Part shown: positions 26,510-39,381 of the stretch, piece by piece | Position numbering within the stretch: position 1 is the first letter of the stretch | Layout of the letters: each line of letters opens with the position of its first letter | Assembly (NCBI GenBank): GCA_002104945.1 | Contig: MCFH01000074.1 | Location: 62,001-126,000, forward strand | Direction: 5' to 3' | Source: Piromyces finnis finn | Lineage: Eukaryota; Fungi; Neocallimastigomycota | Length of the DNA: 64,000 bases | Notes under the pieces: generated by a model | What the model was told of the DNA's origin: nothing | Databases searched by the model: none | The model's input: the letters and a program-made list of their open reading frames with translations, nothing else | Program-made: the position numbers and the translations under genes

Positions 26510-28164
26510 TATTCTAATAATAAATAAAGAAGTTCATAATAAGATGGACTTTTCTAAAAACACTGCATTTGAAATATGGAAGCTATTAAAAAACACATAT
26601 AACAAGGGCGACCATGAAAGAAAGGCTTTCCTTCTCAAGGAATTAAATGAAATCAAATTCAGGTCAAACGATGACATTTCCATACACATCTCCAACATGG
26701 AAAACATATTTAACGAACTTGAAAGCTTAAGTGAACCCAGATCAAATGACATGACGAAAAATTTAATTTTTTCTACAAATCATTACCTATTGTAAAGATA
26801 TCAAACGCCTCAACTAGATATCTTTAATGTAACTTAAGCCACAAGTATTATTGTTTAAGTTACACAATTTATATTACAGAAAAAGAAAATGAGACATAAT
26901 TTATTCATTAATAATTAAAGTTTGAAACAAAATAAATTAAATTTCTCAATTTAATTTCTTAGTTTTAGTATTGTTTTTTTCATAGAAATAGATAATTAGT
27001 ATATTATTATTAAATGATTAATATATAAATAATACATGGGCACATATTCAAATTAAATAGTACTTGATTTGAATTGCCTATTTAATTTTACTAAAATAGT
27101 TATAGTTTAAATATTTTATTAATAATTAAGATTTTAGTGTAGGTTTTAAATAATAATATATTTTAAATAAAGTTATAATATAATATAAATATATTTAGGA
27201 AAACTATATATAAAAGATATTTTTCATCATTTTATCAATGTAATTGTTATTAATAAATTTCTATTATAAAAGATATTTTAAAAAAAACAATTTTTATTTT
27301 TTTTAAAATATCTTTTATATATTTGCTATTAAAAAATGCTAATTTAAAACTACGCTAGAGTTATTAAACTAATTTTAATTAAATAAAAACTTTTTAAGAT
27401 TTAATTTGAATATTTAAAATATTTAAATTTAATTATCCATTAATTTATATATTTATCCAAATTTCATTTCTAACTTTGATATTTTAAAAATAATCTTTAT
27501 TTAATTATTCCATAAAATTTATACAATAAATTTTATAAACAATTTTTTCATTAAAATATCAAAATTATTATTCAATAATTATTAATTAATTATTAAATAA
27601 TTTAAAGATATGTTTTATATCTTTACAAATATATGCATTAATGTTGCAAGTGGTGAATGCTTTTACTCCAAGAAAACTGGTATATTCACAGGTTATATTA
27701 ATAATATAAAATTAACCTTGTATGATGTACTCTACGTTTCTGAATTTAAAAGAAACCTAATTTCTATTGATCAACTTATCAAAACTACAAAGTTATCTTC
27801 TATAAATTAAAAAATATTAGATACGTTAGTATATTAGAAGATAACAAAAAGAAAATATGTAATATTCCATCTGGTAAATCATACTTTCCGATTAAACATG
27901 TCTACCAAAATAATTAATTTCAAACTTAATAATAAAAATTATCAACATGTTTACCATGACAAATTAGTCAAAAACATTAAAAATAACGACTTTGACTTAT
28001 GGCACAGGAGATTAGGTCATTTCAATATAGATCTTTTAAAAGATAAATTATCCAAAATAAAAATAATTGATAAATGTGAGATATGTGCTAATTCAAAACT
28101 TAAGAATAAGCCATACCATCCAAATAAACAAAAGGCTAAAAAACCTTTTGAATTAATTCATATG
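26510..28164 (+). mobile_element. Copia relic (gag UBN2-like, protease tail, GAG-pre-integrase) interrupted by gypsy LTRs
   Basis: TAFEIWKLLKNTY; LYDVLYVSEFKRNLISIDQL; DLWHRRLGHFN...CEICANSK...KPFELIHM. Confidence 0.85.
26791..27627. mobile_element. Tail-to-tail fusion of a type-C LTR (+) and a type-A LTR (-)
   Basis: TGTAAAGATATC at 26791 and ATATCTTTACA at 27627; junction near 27320; no TSD. Confidence 0.8.
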
Positions 28165-29420
28165 TGTAAAGATTATTTAAATTATTTAAATAATTAATAT
28201 TTAAATAATTTATTTAATAATCTTCAAGAGAAAAAACTAATTTCTCAATCACAAAAAAATTTTATTGTATTACGTGAACCATAGTTATTTTTCACTTAGT
28301 GTAACACATTAAATCCATAATAAATAGAGTTCAAAAATTAATGAAAATCTTTTAGAGGATTTTCAAAAAGGATTTACATTAAAATTTTTGTCATTTAATA
28401 TTGTGAAATTAAATTATTATATTTTAAGATTTTTAAGGATAGTTTTATATTGAATAGCAATATAAATAAATATAAAAATATCGAACGCCACAGATTGATA
28501 TCTTTAATGTAACTTAAGCCACAAATGTTATTGTTTAAGTTACACGAATTATATTACAGAAAAAGAAAATGGACATTATTTATTTATTAATAATTAAAGT
28601 TTAAAACAAAATAAATTATTAATTTATTTTTAATGTTTAACAAGTAAATTAAGTTTCTCAATTCAAACCCCTAGTTTTAGAATTGTTTTTTTCATAGAAA
28701 TAGATAAATAATATATAAATAATAAATGATTAATATATCAATAATACATGGGCACATATTCAAATTGAATAGTACTTAATTTGAATTGCCAATTGTATTT
28801 TACTAAAAATAGTTATAATTTAAATATTTATTAATAATTAAGATTTTAGTGTAGATTTTAAATAATAATATATAAGAAATATATAATTATAATATAATAT
28901 AAATGTATTTAGGTAAAATATAAATAGAAGATATTTTTCATCATTTTATCAATGTAATTATTATTAATAAAATTTCTATTATAATAAAAGATATTTTTTA
29001 ATAAAACAATTTTTATTTTTTATTTTAAATTTAGTGTTATTGTAATAGAATAGATATCCTGATCTATTCTTTCTGTGTCGCCATTACATTAAATTAATGG
29101 ATAATTAAATTTAAATATTTTAAATATTCAAATTAAATCTTAAAAAGTTTTTATTTAATTAAAATTAGTTTAATAACTTTAGCGTAGTTTTAAATTAGCA
29201 TTTTTAATATTAAATATATAATAAATAGTATTATTAATATTTAATTAATATATAGGTAATACATGGACTGTATTCAATTTGTAGTTTACTCAAATTGAAT
29301 CAAAAGTGTATTTAACTAGTTTTAGTTTAGTTTTATTTTATTATTTAATTAAATTAGTATTAAATTAGTTTTGTTTATTTTATATTGAATATATGTATAA
29401 TTAAATAAAACTAAACTAAA
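28165..29420 (+). mobile_element. LTR stack: partial type D (28165-28470), complete type C (28471-29088), partial type A (29089-~29420)
   Basis: Direct similarity to the D, C and A copies elsewhere in the window. Confidence 0.8.
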
Positions 29421-29888
29421 ATTAAGAGTGAACATAGAAGATCATGGAATACTACAAACTAAGTTACAGGAATGTATAAAATAATATTAGTATAATGAAA
29501 TGAATTTATGAAGGAAAAACAACCCAAGGGGACATTAAAAAAACTTGAAGATATGGAATCTACAACTAAGGAATTACAAACCGTTTACGAAGAAATTTTA
29601 AAAATATAAAGTATTAGAAAATCAATGTCCGAATAAGGATCTAACCGCAAATTACAAGAATTATTTAATATGAAAAGGGAATTCAATAAACTAAATAATA
29701 TAGGAAATCATAATCAAGAAGATTAATACAAGCTGTAAAGTTGACACTGAAAGAATTAGGATATCTATTCTATATTATTAAGTACTTCAATAATAATTGA
29801 AAATTATACTTTTTAATTTTTTTTTTAAAAAAATATAATGAAATTAATAAAATTTATTTCAAAACTTTTTTTAATATTTATAATTAAA

Positions 29889-30041
29889 TTACCAACACTT
29901 TCTATAATTTGGTTTACATCCCGTATCACAATATTCACTACTTGTACCACAGTAATCGTACATACTACAACATTAATTATTTTTACATATATAGATACCG
30001 TCTTGTTCACTTCCACAATTACTATTAGAAAATATAGTTGG
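29889..30041 (-). pseudogene. CBM18 (hevein-type chitin-binding) domain relic
   Basis: Translates PTIFSNSNCGSEQDGIYICKNN*CCSMYDYCGTSSEYCDTGCKPNYRKCW*: CBM18 cysteine spacing with an internal stop, cut off from its 5' part by a solo LTR. Confidence 0.8.
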
Positions 30042-30701
30042 TGTAAAATACTAATCTTAAAACAGATTATATATTTAACAATAAAACATAATTATTAAAA
30101 TTTAAAATAACAATTACATTGATTTAACAAATAAAAATTACACATATTTATATTTTTTCATAATTATTCTAATATATTATTCTATTTAAATAAACGTATA
30201 TTTAATATAAAATAAACAAAACTAATCTAATTAAATAACAAAATAATAAAGCTAAACTAAAACTAATTCATTGTAATTTTAATTCAATTTGAGTAAACTC
30301 AAAATTGAATAAAGCCCATGTATTATCTATAAATAAATTTAATATTATTAATATTATTAATACTATTCATTATATATTTCCTATTGAAATATAAACAAAT
30401 CTATTTTTAAAACTAAGTTAAAATTATTACGCTATCTAAATTTAAATAAAAAAATATAATGTTATTAAACTATTCTAAAATTAAATAGAGTATTTAAAAA
30501 CATTTTAAATATTTAAAATATTTAAATTTATTTAAAATTCCTTTATTCCTTAAATTTAAATATTTATCTTGATTTAAATTTAACGGAATTATTATAAAAT
30601 AATTTACTATTAAATTATTCCATAAAATATATTTAAAATTTATTATTTAATATTAATTATTAATTATTAAATAATCTAAAGATATATATTATATCTTGAC
30701 A
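30042..30701 (-). mobile_element. Solo type-B LTR (660 bp), TSD GTTGG
   Basis: GTTGG at 30037-30041 and 30702-30706; similar to 47546-48295 and 55474-56254. Confidence 0.9.
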
Positions 30702-31304
30702 GTTGGAGTTTGATAATTTTTGGAATTTTAGACTGTTTTAGCATAATAGATTTTGAGACCTTTTCATATTATTGAAATGTATGTGATTCTGAAAATGTAT
30801 AAAAGAAAGATAAATTTTTTCTTTAAAAAAACAGAAAATAAATAGACAATAAAAATATAATAAAGAGATAATTTAAAAAGCATAATTAAAGAGTTTTAAA
30901 GAGATTTATTTATTACTTATAAAATATATCCTTTTTTAAATCCTAGAATTTATTATTTATTAAAAGTATTCAAAAATATATTGGTCAACGCATCTTTTTT
31001 TGTAATAGTAAAGTTTTATTAGAAAGTGAAATAAACTAAAGCAATGAATATAATCAAATCCATCAAAAATAGTAATTTTTATATATAATTTTGTGCTTTA
31101 TTTTTGGATTATTGTAAAATTTTATAATTTACTTTATATTTATTCTTTTACAATTAAATTTGCTTTTTCTAATGTTTGCAAAATTTACAATACTAAAAAT
31201 AAATAAATAATTTATTATAACATTACATTTATGCCTTGAATTAGCCGTTGATATTGTTTACTTCAACTAAAATAAAAAATAATCATTTAGGTTTAAAATT
31301 TAGA

Positions 31305-31386
31305 CGTCACCTGCAGGACTCGAACCTGCGCTCCCAAAGGGAAATGGCTTAGCAGGCCACCGCGTTAACCACTCCGCCAAAGTGAC
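31305..31386 (-). tRNA. tRNA-Ser(GCU)
   Basis: Identical to 15074-15155. Confidence 0.96.
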
Positions 31387-34342
31387 TTCAAATTTCTGAT
31401 TTTTTGATAAATAATAATTATAAATATATTATAAATTTGATATTAGTAGAAAATTTTATTATAAAATAATTATTAAATAATTTTATATAGTTTATTATAA
31501 AAATATAATTTACATAAAATCAAATATTTTATAAATTTATATATTTGATTGGGTTAAATTATAAAAATAATTTTTAATATAAAGAATAATAATAATTTTT
31601 AGTAGAAAATAGGAAGACTTAGATTACTAATAATAAGTTAAATTTTAATAATAGTTAATATAATTAATTAGTGAATACATAATAATATTTAAAAGACAAA
31701 AAAATAAGTTTTTATATAATAAAAATTATTGTTAAAAAGAGCGTAAGAACAATAAATAAAAGAAAATATAAAAACGAAATTAAACTTGTCTAATTTGTAA
31801 TTATTGTGTTAATAATAAATAATATTTTATAGAATAAATCTGGTGTTATTATTCTATATAAATATTATTAAAATAATAAAACTATTAAAATTATAAAATA
31901 ACTTAAAATAAATTAATAAAACTAGTAGATATTGTTAAAGCTCGTACAATAGCTGTCGAGATAAAACAATATAAGATAACAGAAGAAGTAGTTAAAAAGT
32001 TGTAATATAACTACCAATCCGTTATCATTTTTGATACGCTACTCATATAAAAACATAATAAAAACTAGCTGAATAAACACGACTTAACCCATAGTAACTT
32101 ATAATAAAAATAAATGATAATAACCCTTAAAAATGAATGAATAATAATTTTATGAAAATATAACCCTTTCTTAAATAAATAATATTCTCTTTATTATATA
32201 ATAAATTCTGAGTAAAAACGACCTAATAGTGATAGTGATAATAATAAAATAAATTATTAAATAAATAAAACGACTTAATCCAATAATGTACTAAAATAAT
32301 AAAATAATAATAAATAAATAAAAATAAATAAATAAAAATAAATAAATAAACTAAAAATAAATTGGTATACATCAAATTATTAATTCTAGTGTTTTATCCA
32401 AGTGTTCCTTAGAAATTCTTTTAAACTTATAAATTAATAAATAACTAATTGAGTAATTATTACTAAAAATGATAAATTTAAAAACCTGGAAATAGAATAA
32501 TAATAACAATTCTAAAGATAAAATACAGAGCTCTTTTATGTTTCTGTATAAAATGTGTGCTTATAATAATTGATACTTTTAATATTTTAATTTTATTTTA
32601 ATTTTATTTTAATATTATTTTAATTTTAAATTTTAATTATTTTATTTAAGGTATTATACATTTAATGATAGTCAATGATAATTTATAATCATTTTTCTAA
32701 ATTTAAACGTTTTGAAATAATAAGAAAATCAAATAAGTAATATTCTATAATATTTTATAATACTAAGACATAATTTTAATTTATTCTTTTAATTTTAATA
32801 AATAATAACAATAATAATAATAATATTTAATAGTTAAAAAATAATAATACATGTAATAAATGAAAATGTATAAAAGGAAGATAAAATTCTTCTTCATAAA
32901 AATGGGGACAATAAATAGAGAATAAAAGGACAATAAATAAATAATAAAAATATAATAAAGAGATAGATAATTTAAAAACATAATTAAAAGAGTTTATTTT
33001 TTGAGTTTAAGACATTTGTTTGTTAATTATAAAACGTATTTTCATTTCATTTTAAATTTATTGTTTCATCTAAATCTTAGAATTTATTATTTATTAAAAA
33101 TATTATATTCAAAAATATATCGGTCAACGCATCATTTTTTATAGTAAAGTTTTATTAGAAAGTGAAATAAACTAAAGCAATGAATATAATCTAATCTGTC
33201 TGTCAAGATATTAAGTAGATTTGTGTTGTATTTAATAATTTCAAAATTATGAAATGTCGAATTTCATGAATTGGGATTTTGACATTTAAAGTTAACCCCA
33301 AAAGTAACTTAAAATAAGTTATAGTTTAATTAGTTACTTTAGCAATTTTAAAATAAAATTAATCCTTAATAACTGCATATATTTTGATTATCGAAAGAAA
33401 ATAATAAACTTTAATTAATCGAGATCAAAATATAACTTTTGTTAAATTAATTGTTAAATATTCAATAATTTCTATAGTAAATTACACTTTAAAAGTAAAT
33501 AAATATAATAATTCATGTTATAAAATAATATAATTAAACACTTTTATTAAAATATTAAAAATAATTATTACTTTAATTAATTATTAAATAAACAACTTTT
33601 TATATTCTTTAACTATTAATTATTTCTTTTATTGTTATTTTTAATTACTTTTATTGTAAATAGTTATTAATCTTATTATTTTAATGTAAATAGTTTAAAT
33701 TTAAAAGAAAATATGAATACATGTAAATATTCTTATTTTAATCATCATCATTATTACTTATAAAGAAAATATTATATAATTTTATTAATCATTTTAATAA
33801 CTTTATAAAATTTTCAATATTTAATTATTAGAAAACGAATGTTTCTAGTAAAGCCATTTAGTGTTAAAATAAAACAATTTTTAATAATTTTTATAAAACA
33901 ATTAACTTATATAACTTATACATTTATATCTGAAGATATATTGATATATTATAATAGTGAAATTCAAAATTAAGATTATTATAAAAATATATCATTTTTT
34001 AGTAGTTAAGTTTTATTAGAAAGTGAAATAAACTAAAGCAATGAATATAATTTAATCCATCAAAAATAGTGATTTTTAAAAAAAGAAATATAAAAAAATA
34101 ATAAAAATAGTAATTTTTATATATAATTTTGTGCTTTATTTTTGGATTATTGTAAAATTTTATAATTTGCTTTATATTTATTCTTTTACAATTAAATTTG
34201 CTTTTTCTAATGTTTGCAAAATTTACAATACTATAAATAAATAAATAATTTATTATAACATTACATTTATGCCTTGAATTAGCCGTTGATATTGTTTACT
34301 TCAACTAAAATAAAAAATAATCATTTAGGTTTAAAATTTAGA

Positions 34343-34424
34343 CGTCACCTGCAGGACTCGAACCTGCGCTCCCAAAGGGAAATGGCTTAGCAGGCCACCG
34401 CGTTAACCACTCCGCCAAAGTGAC
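34343..34424 (-). tRNA. tRNA-Ser(GCU)
   Basis: Identical to 15074-15155. Confidence 0.96.
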
Positions 34425-36914
34425 TTCAAATTTATGTTTCTTTTATAGTAAAGTTTTATTAGAAAGTAAAATAAACTAAAGCAATGAATATAATCTAATC
34501 CGTCTATCATGATTTTATGTAGAATTGTGCTGTATAATTCAGTCTACTAGGTTAAGATAAGCTTTATTATATAGTAAAATAATAAATTTTAAAATAAAAG
34601 AATAATAAATATAATTTTTAAAGAATTATTTTATTTAATTTTTATAATATAAATAAATGATAATTATCAATTTCAAATATTGAATTTACTATATAAAAAT
34701 GAGTGTTAATAATCTCACAAAGAACTTCTTAAAGTTGTTTTCTGTTCCACATATTTATATTTTCATTTTTAATATAATATTGATATTGATATTATATTAA
34801 AATATCAATATCAATATCATAGGTCAAAAAAAAAAAAAAGAAAGTATGCATTAATATATACTTTATAAATAGGAAAAAGTCGTTTCATAAAAGTAATGAT
34901 TAATGTAATATCTACAAAACTATTTATATTAATTTTATTTTGATTACATGATTTAATTTCTATAATTATAGTTTCATTGTAATTTTCTTTTTATTTATTA
35001 TTATTAATTTATTTATTTCATACTAATTAATCATTCTATTAAGTATTAATAATAATAAAAAAAAAGTATCAACTTTTCGATATTCCAATGTAAAATATTT
35101 TTATTTATTTATTCTAGTTTTTTTACTTTTCCCAGATGAAATTAAAATTTTAATTTATTCCTATTTTAATATTATTTTAGTATCCTTGATAAATCAAAAA
35201 AGTTTATCAACATTTCTTTTAAAACAAACTTTATAAAATACATAATTTCATGTGTAGTCATCATAATAAAAAAAAGAAAAGAATAACCTTTTCTTTCTTT
35301 TTAAATATACTTTTAGTTATAATCAATACATTTTATTCTAATTATAAAACTATTTATAAAACTATTTATTTTTATGAATGGGATATAAAAAGTTACACAA
35401 AAAATAAAAATTCCAATAATTTATTTTTTATTATTATTTCCACTTTTTTTTTTTAAAGATTATATTTAAATAATTAGAATAATAATAATAATATAAATAG
35501 AAAAAAAATGATGAAATGAGTCATTTAAAAGGAAAGATATTTTAAATATTATTTAATAATGGAATTACAATATTTATTAAATATTTAATAATATTTAAAT
35601 ATAACTTTAAATTGGGATGTTTAGGCACTTTTATCATTATTTAGTTTGTAAGTACTCATGATGAACAATCAAACTAATTTATTTTAATTTATTTTTAATT
35701 TAAATTTAATTATTATTTAATATAAATGAATATAAATTGTTACACAAAACGATCATTTCCATTATTTAAAATTAATTTTTTATCTCCTTTTCATGTTTTC
35801 ATGGTAATGACTAATTTAATAAAGGGAAAATTAAAAAGTTTTTTTTCTTTTATATTTTATAATTTTATATATAATAAAAAATAATAGGATTTCCTTTTTT
35901 TTTATTTATAATTATTATTTACATTATTTATTTAATTTATCTAATTTATATATTATATATAATAGAAATAAATAATAATAAAAAAAAAGATTTAAATTTA
36001 TTAGAAATAAAGTTTTTCATTATTTAGAAAATAAAATAAAATGGAAAAATTAAAGTTTATCATTTAAAGTTTAATAATAAATTTATTAGATTATATTGGT
36101 ACAACACCAAAACTATTTATTATTAAATTAAATGAATGAATTATTAATAATTTAAATCATTAAATAGGTTAAATTAAATGAATAAATTATTAATAATTTA
36201 AATCAATAAAGTGGGTTAAATTAAATGAATGAATTATTAATAATTTAAATCATTTTGGATTACTTGATTTAGAAATTAAATTTAAATTAAAAAATTGGAA
36301 GATCTTATATTACTAAATTAAATGATAAAGTTTAATAAATTAAAATAATAGAAGATCTTTGAAATAATATCATAAATATTAATAAATAAACTTTTAATAT
36401 TCATTTGAATAATTAAATAAAAATAATTGTATCATTATTTTAAAAGTGAGATTTAAATATTAAATAATTAATAAATTAATTAAAAAATAATTAATTTTAA
36501 ATAATAATAAAAATATTCCATAAAAAAAAAAACTATAAAAATATCAAAATATTCCTTTGACTTTTTTTTTTTTGTATTAACTTTCTTTATTAATAATAAT
36601 TAAATAATTATTAAACGGAAGTCTTACATTTTTTTTTTTAAAAAAAAAAAGCTTTTTATATTTAATTGATATAAAAAAAATTGTTTTTTAATTATTATTA
36701 TCTATTAATACTAAGATAGTGGTAATAAAATAAAAAAAGAAAAAAAAAAGAAAAAAGAAAAATCAAAAATTTAAACACAAAGAAATATTGAATATTGAAT
36801 ATTCAAAAAATAAAATAAAATTATAAAATACAAGAATTTTAAAAAAAAATAAAATAAAATTTATATAACAACAATAATAAATAAAATAGTATATAACTAA
36901 AAATAAAAACAAAA

Positions 36915-37586
36915 ATGAGAATTTCTTTTGTTACTTTACTTTCTGCTTTTTGTGCTATTGCTTCTGCTGCTACTCCAACTTCTGGACCAAAGGGTGCCCA
37001 ATTAAAAGATGGTTGGTATTTCATTAAAAACCCAGAATCTGGTAAATATCTTCAAGTATCTGCTGCCACAAATGGTAGTTCTGGTGGAAATCTTGTAATT
37101 TCTAAGGGTACTAAAGATCAAGGTCAAAAATGGAAGGTAACTAATGTTGGTAAGGGTTTAGTTACCTTTACTACTGCTCTTGGTGATTATATGATTGATG
37201 TTAGTGGTGGTAAGAATGAAAATGGTACTAATGTTCAATTATATAACGCTTATGGTGGTGATGCCCAACAATTCATGATTTTAAAAACTACTCAAGAAAA
37301 CGTTTACACCATTGGTACTAAAGTTAGTTATTTTGATAAAGCTCTTGATATTGAAGGCATGCGTACTGAAGATGGTACAAATGTATTACAATGGACCAAT
37401 GAAATGAAACCAAATCAAGGTTGGAGCTTTGAAAGAGCTGATGACGACGACGATGATGACTGTTGGTCTGATGTTCTTGGTTATTCATGTTGTAGTAAAT
37501 GCCTCGAAGCCGTTTATGAAGATCAAGATGGTAAATGGGGTGTTGAAAAGGGAGATTGGTGCGGTATTTTACCACATTGTATCTAA
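36915..37586 (+). CDS. Secreted ricin-B lectin (CBM13-like) protein with C-terminal fungal CBM10/dockerin domain
   Basis: Signal peptide; beta-trefoil QxW repeats (GQKWK, AQQF, NQGWSF); poly-Asp linker; CWSDVLGYSCC...DGKWGVEKGDWCGI dockerin signature; intronless. Confidence 0.92.
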   Translation: MRISFVTLLSAFCAIASAATPTSGPKGAQLKDGWYFIKNPESGKYLQVSAATNGSSGGNLVISKGTKDQGQKWKVTNVGKGLVTFTTALGDYMIDVSGGKNENGTNVQLYNAYGGDAQQFMILKTTQENVYTIGTKVSYFDKALDIEGMRTEDGTNVLQWTNEMKPNQGWSFERADDDDDDDCWSDVLGYSCCSKCLEAVYEDQDGKWGVEKGDWCGILPHCI

Positions 37587-37655
37587 ATTATTTCCAAATA
37601 AATATTGATTTTTTTTTTTTTTTGATTATTTTCTGTATATGGGGATAATCATATT

Positions 37656-37697
<42 letters not shown>

Positions 37698-38564
37698 GAT
37701 TTTTAATATTTTTTTTTAAACAGAAATATTAAAATATTCTATTACATAAAATGTAAAATATTGTGTTATATAATAAATAAATAAATCAATAAATAGAATA
37801 AATAAAAAAGAAAAATTAAAAATAAAATAAAAAATTTAAAAAGAACAAAAAGTAAAATATATTATTATTATTTTTATTTTATAAAATGTATTTAATTAAA
37901 AAACAGGAAAACTAAAAAAGATACATAATGATACATTTTAAATTTTATTTATAATGTGACAATATGACAATATACGATTTGACAAAATATACACACATAA
38001 AATATATAGTAATTTTAAATTGGCAAAGATGAAGATGAATGAAATTATCGAAAGGAGAGGGACAAAAAAAAAAGTTGCCTAATTATTAATAACATTTTTA
38101 TAATTGATAAAAAAAAAAAAGAACTTGATCCTTTTTTTTTATAAGTGTTGTATTTAAATAAATCTATTTAAATTATATATATATATATAAATTTTCTTTT
38201 TCTTTTTTTCTTTTTTCTTTTTTTTTTTTTTTTTTGAAAATAATTGATTATTACGTATATTTATTTAAACTAAAGCATTCGTTATTATTATTATTTTTTT
38301 TTTATTCAAAAGAAATTTAATACTTTTTTTTTTTTTTTTTTAATTCATAAAAACCAATTTTTAATTGTTATATGAATCCTTCCTTCCTTCATTATATTAT
38401 GTAAAAATATTAACTTTTAATTAATATGAACTAATAATAATAATATATTTATATACATATTATAATAATAACAGTTTTTTTTTTTTTTTTTTTTTTTAAA
38501 AAAAAGGTAATCGTTGATTATAAAAAATAAATAAATAATTTATAAAAATAATAAAGTTTTTTTT

Positions 38565-39347
38565 TTAATAGTCTCTGAATCGATAGGAAACCATAGCATC
38601 TACTGAATGATATGGAGTGGAAAAACTTCTTAATTTAACTTGTTCTTGGTTAACTTTAATGTATTTTGGATCAGAATCAATCCATGTTTGAGGTACTTCA
38701 GCATTTTTATCGGTATAAGCTAAAACATTAAAAGTACCTTTTTAAAATAATACAAATATATAATATAATATAAATATGAAATATGAAATATTATTAAGAA
38801 AATAAATATATATATAATCAAATGTATAGTTAATAATAATTTTGTATATTTTGTATATTATAATAATGATATTATAAGTTTATTACTACTACTACTAATA
38901 ATAGTGGTATGGTTTTATTCTTTTTTTTTTTTTTTTAAAAAAAGGTTCTTTTCACCATAAATATATTATAAATATATTATGGAAGTATATTTTACTTACA
39001 TTGTTCTTCCAATATAGGTAAAAATGAAATACTTGCTGTGAGCTGTCTTAAAATGGCTTGAATTTCACTTTGAATTTCACTTTCACTTTTTTTACTAAAT
39101 ATTAACAGTTATAGTTTTTGTATTAATAATAATAAAAAATAAAAAAGATATAGGTTAATTTATATTTAATAACTTTTGTTAATATTATTTTGACATTGGA
39201 ACAATTAATTCATCTATAATTCAATAATTTAAAATGTTATTCTAATATAATAATGTTGATGCATAGATTTTATCTCTTAATGTAATAGCAATTTAAATTT
39301 TTTTACTTGATTTTTTTTTTTTTTTTTTAAATTATTAATATAACAAT

Positions 39348-39381
<34 letters not shown>

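Larger units (their letters stand above)
31010..34500. repeat. Local segmental duplication (~31010-31397 vs ~34009-34435; ~30790-31060 vs ~32860-33200)
   Basis: Near-identical ~400-bp blocks, each containing tRNA-Ser. The motif GTTTTATTAGAAAGT(G/A)AAATAAACTAAAGCAATGAATATAAT occurs four times. Confidence 0.85.

Noticed and set aside
32781-35456. Short AT-rich intergenic ORFs (e.g. 32781, 35250; also 6177, 8527, 14795, 40922, 42453)
   Set aside because: Low-complexity Phe/Ile/Lys/Tyr translations typical of non-coding AT-rich DNA.
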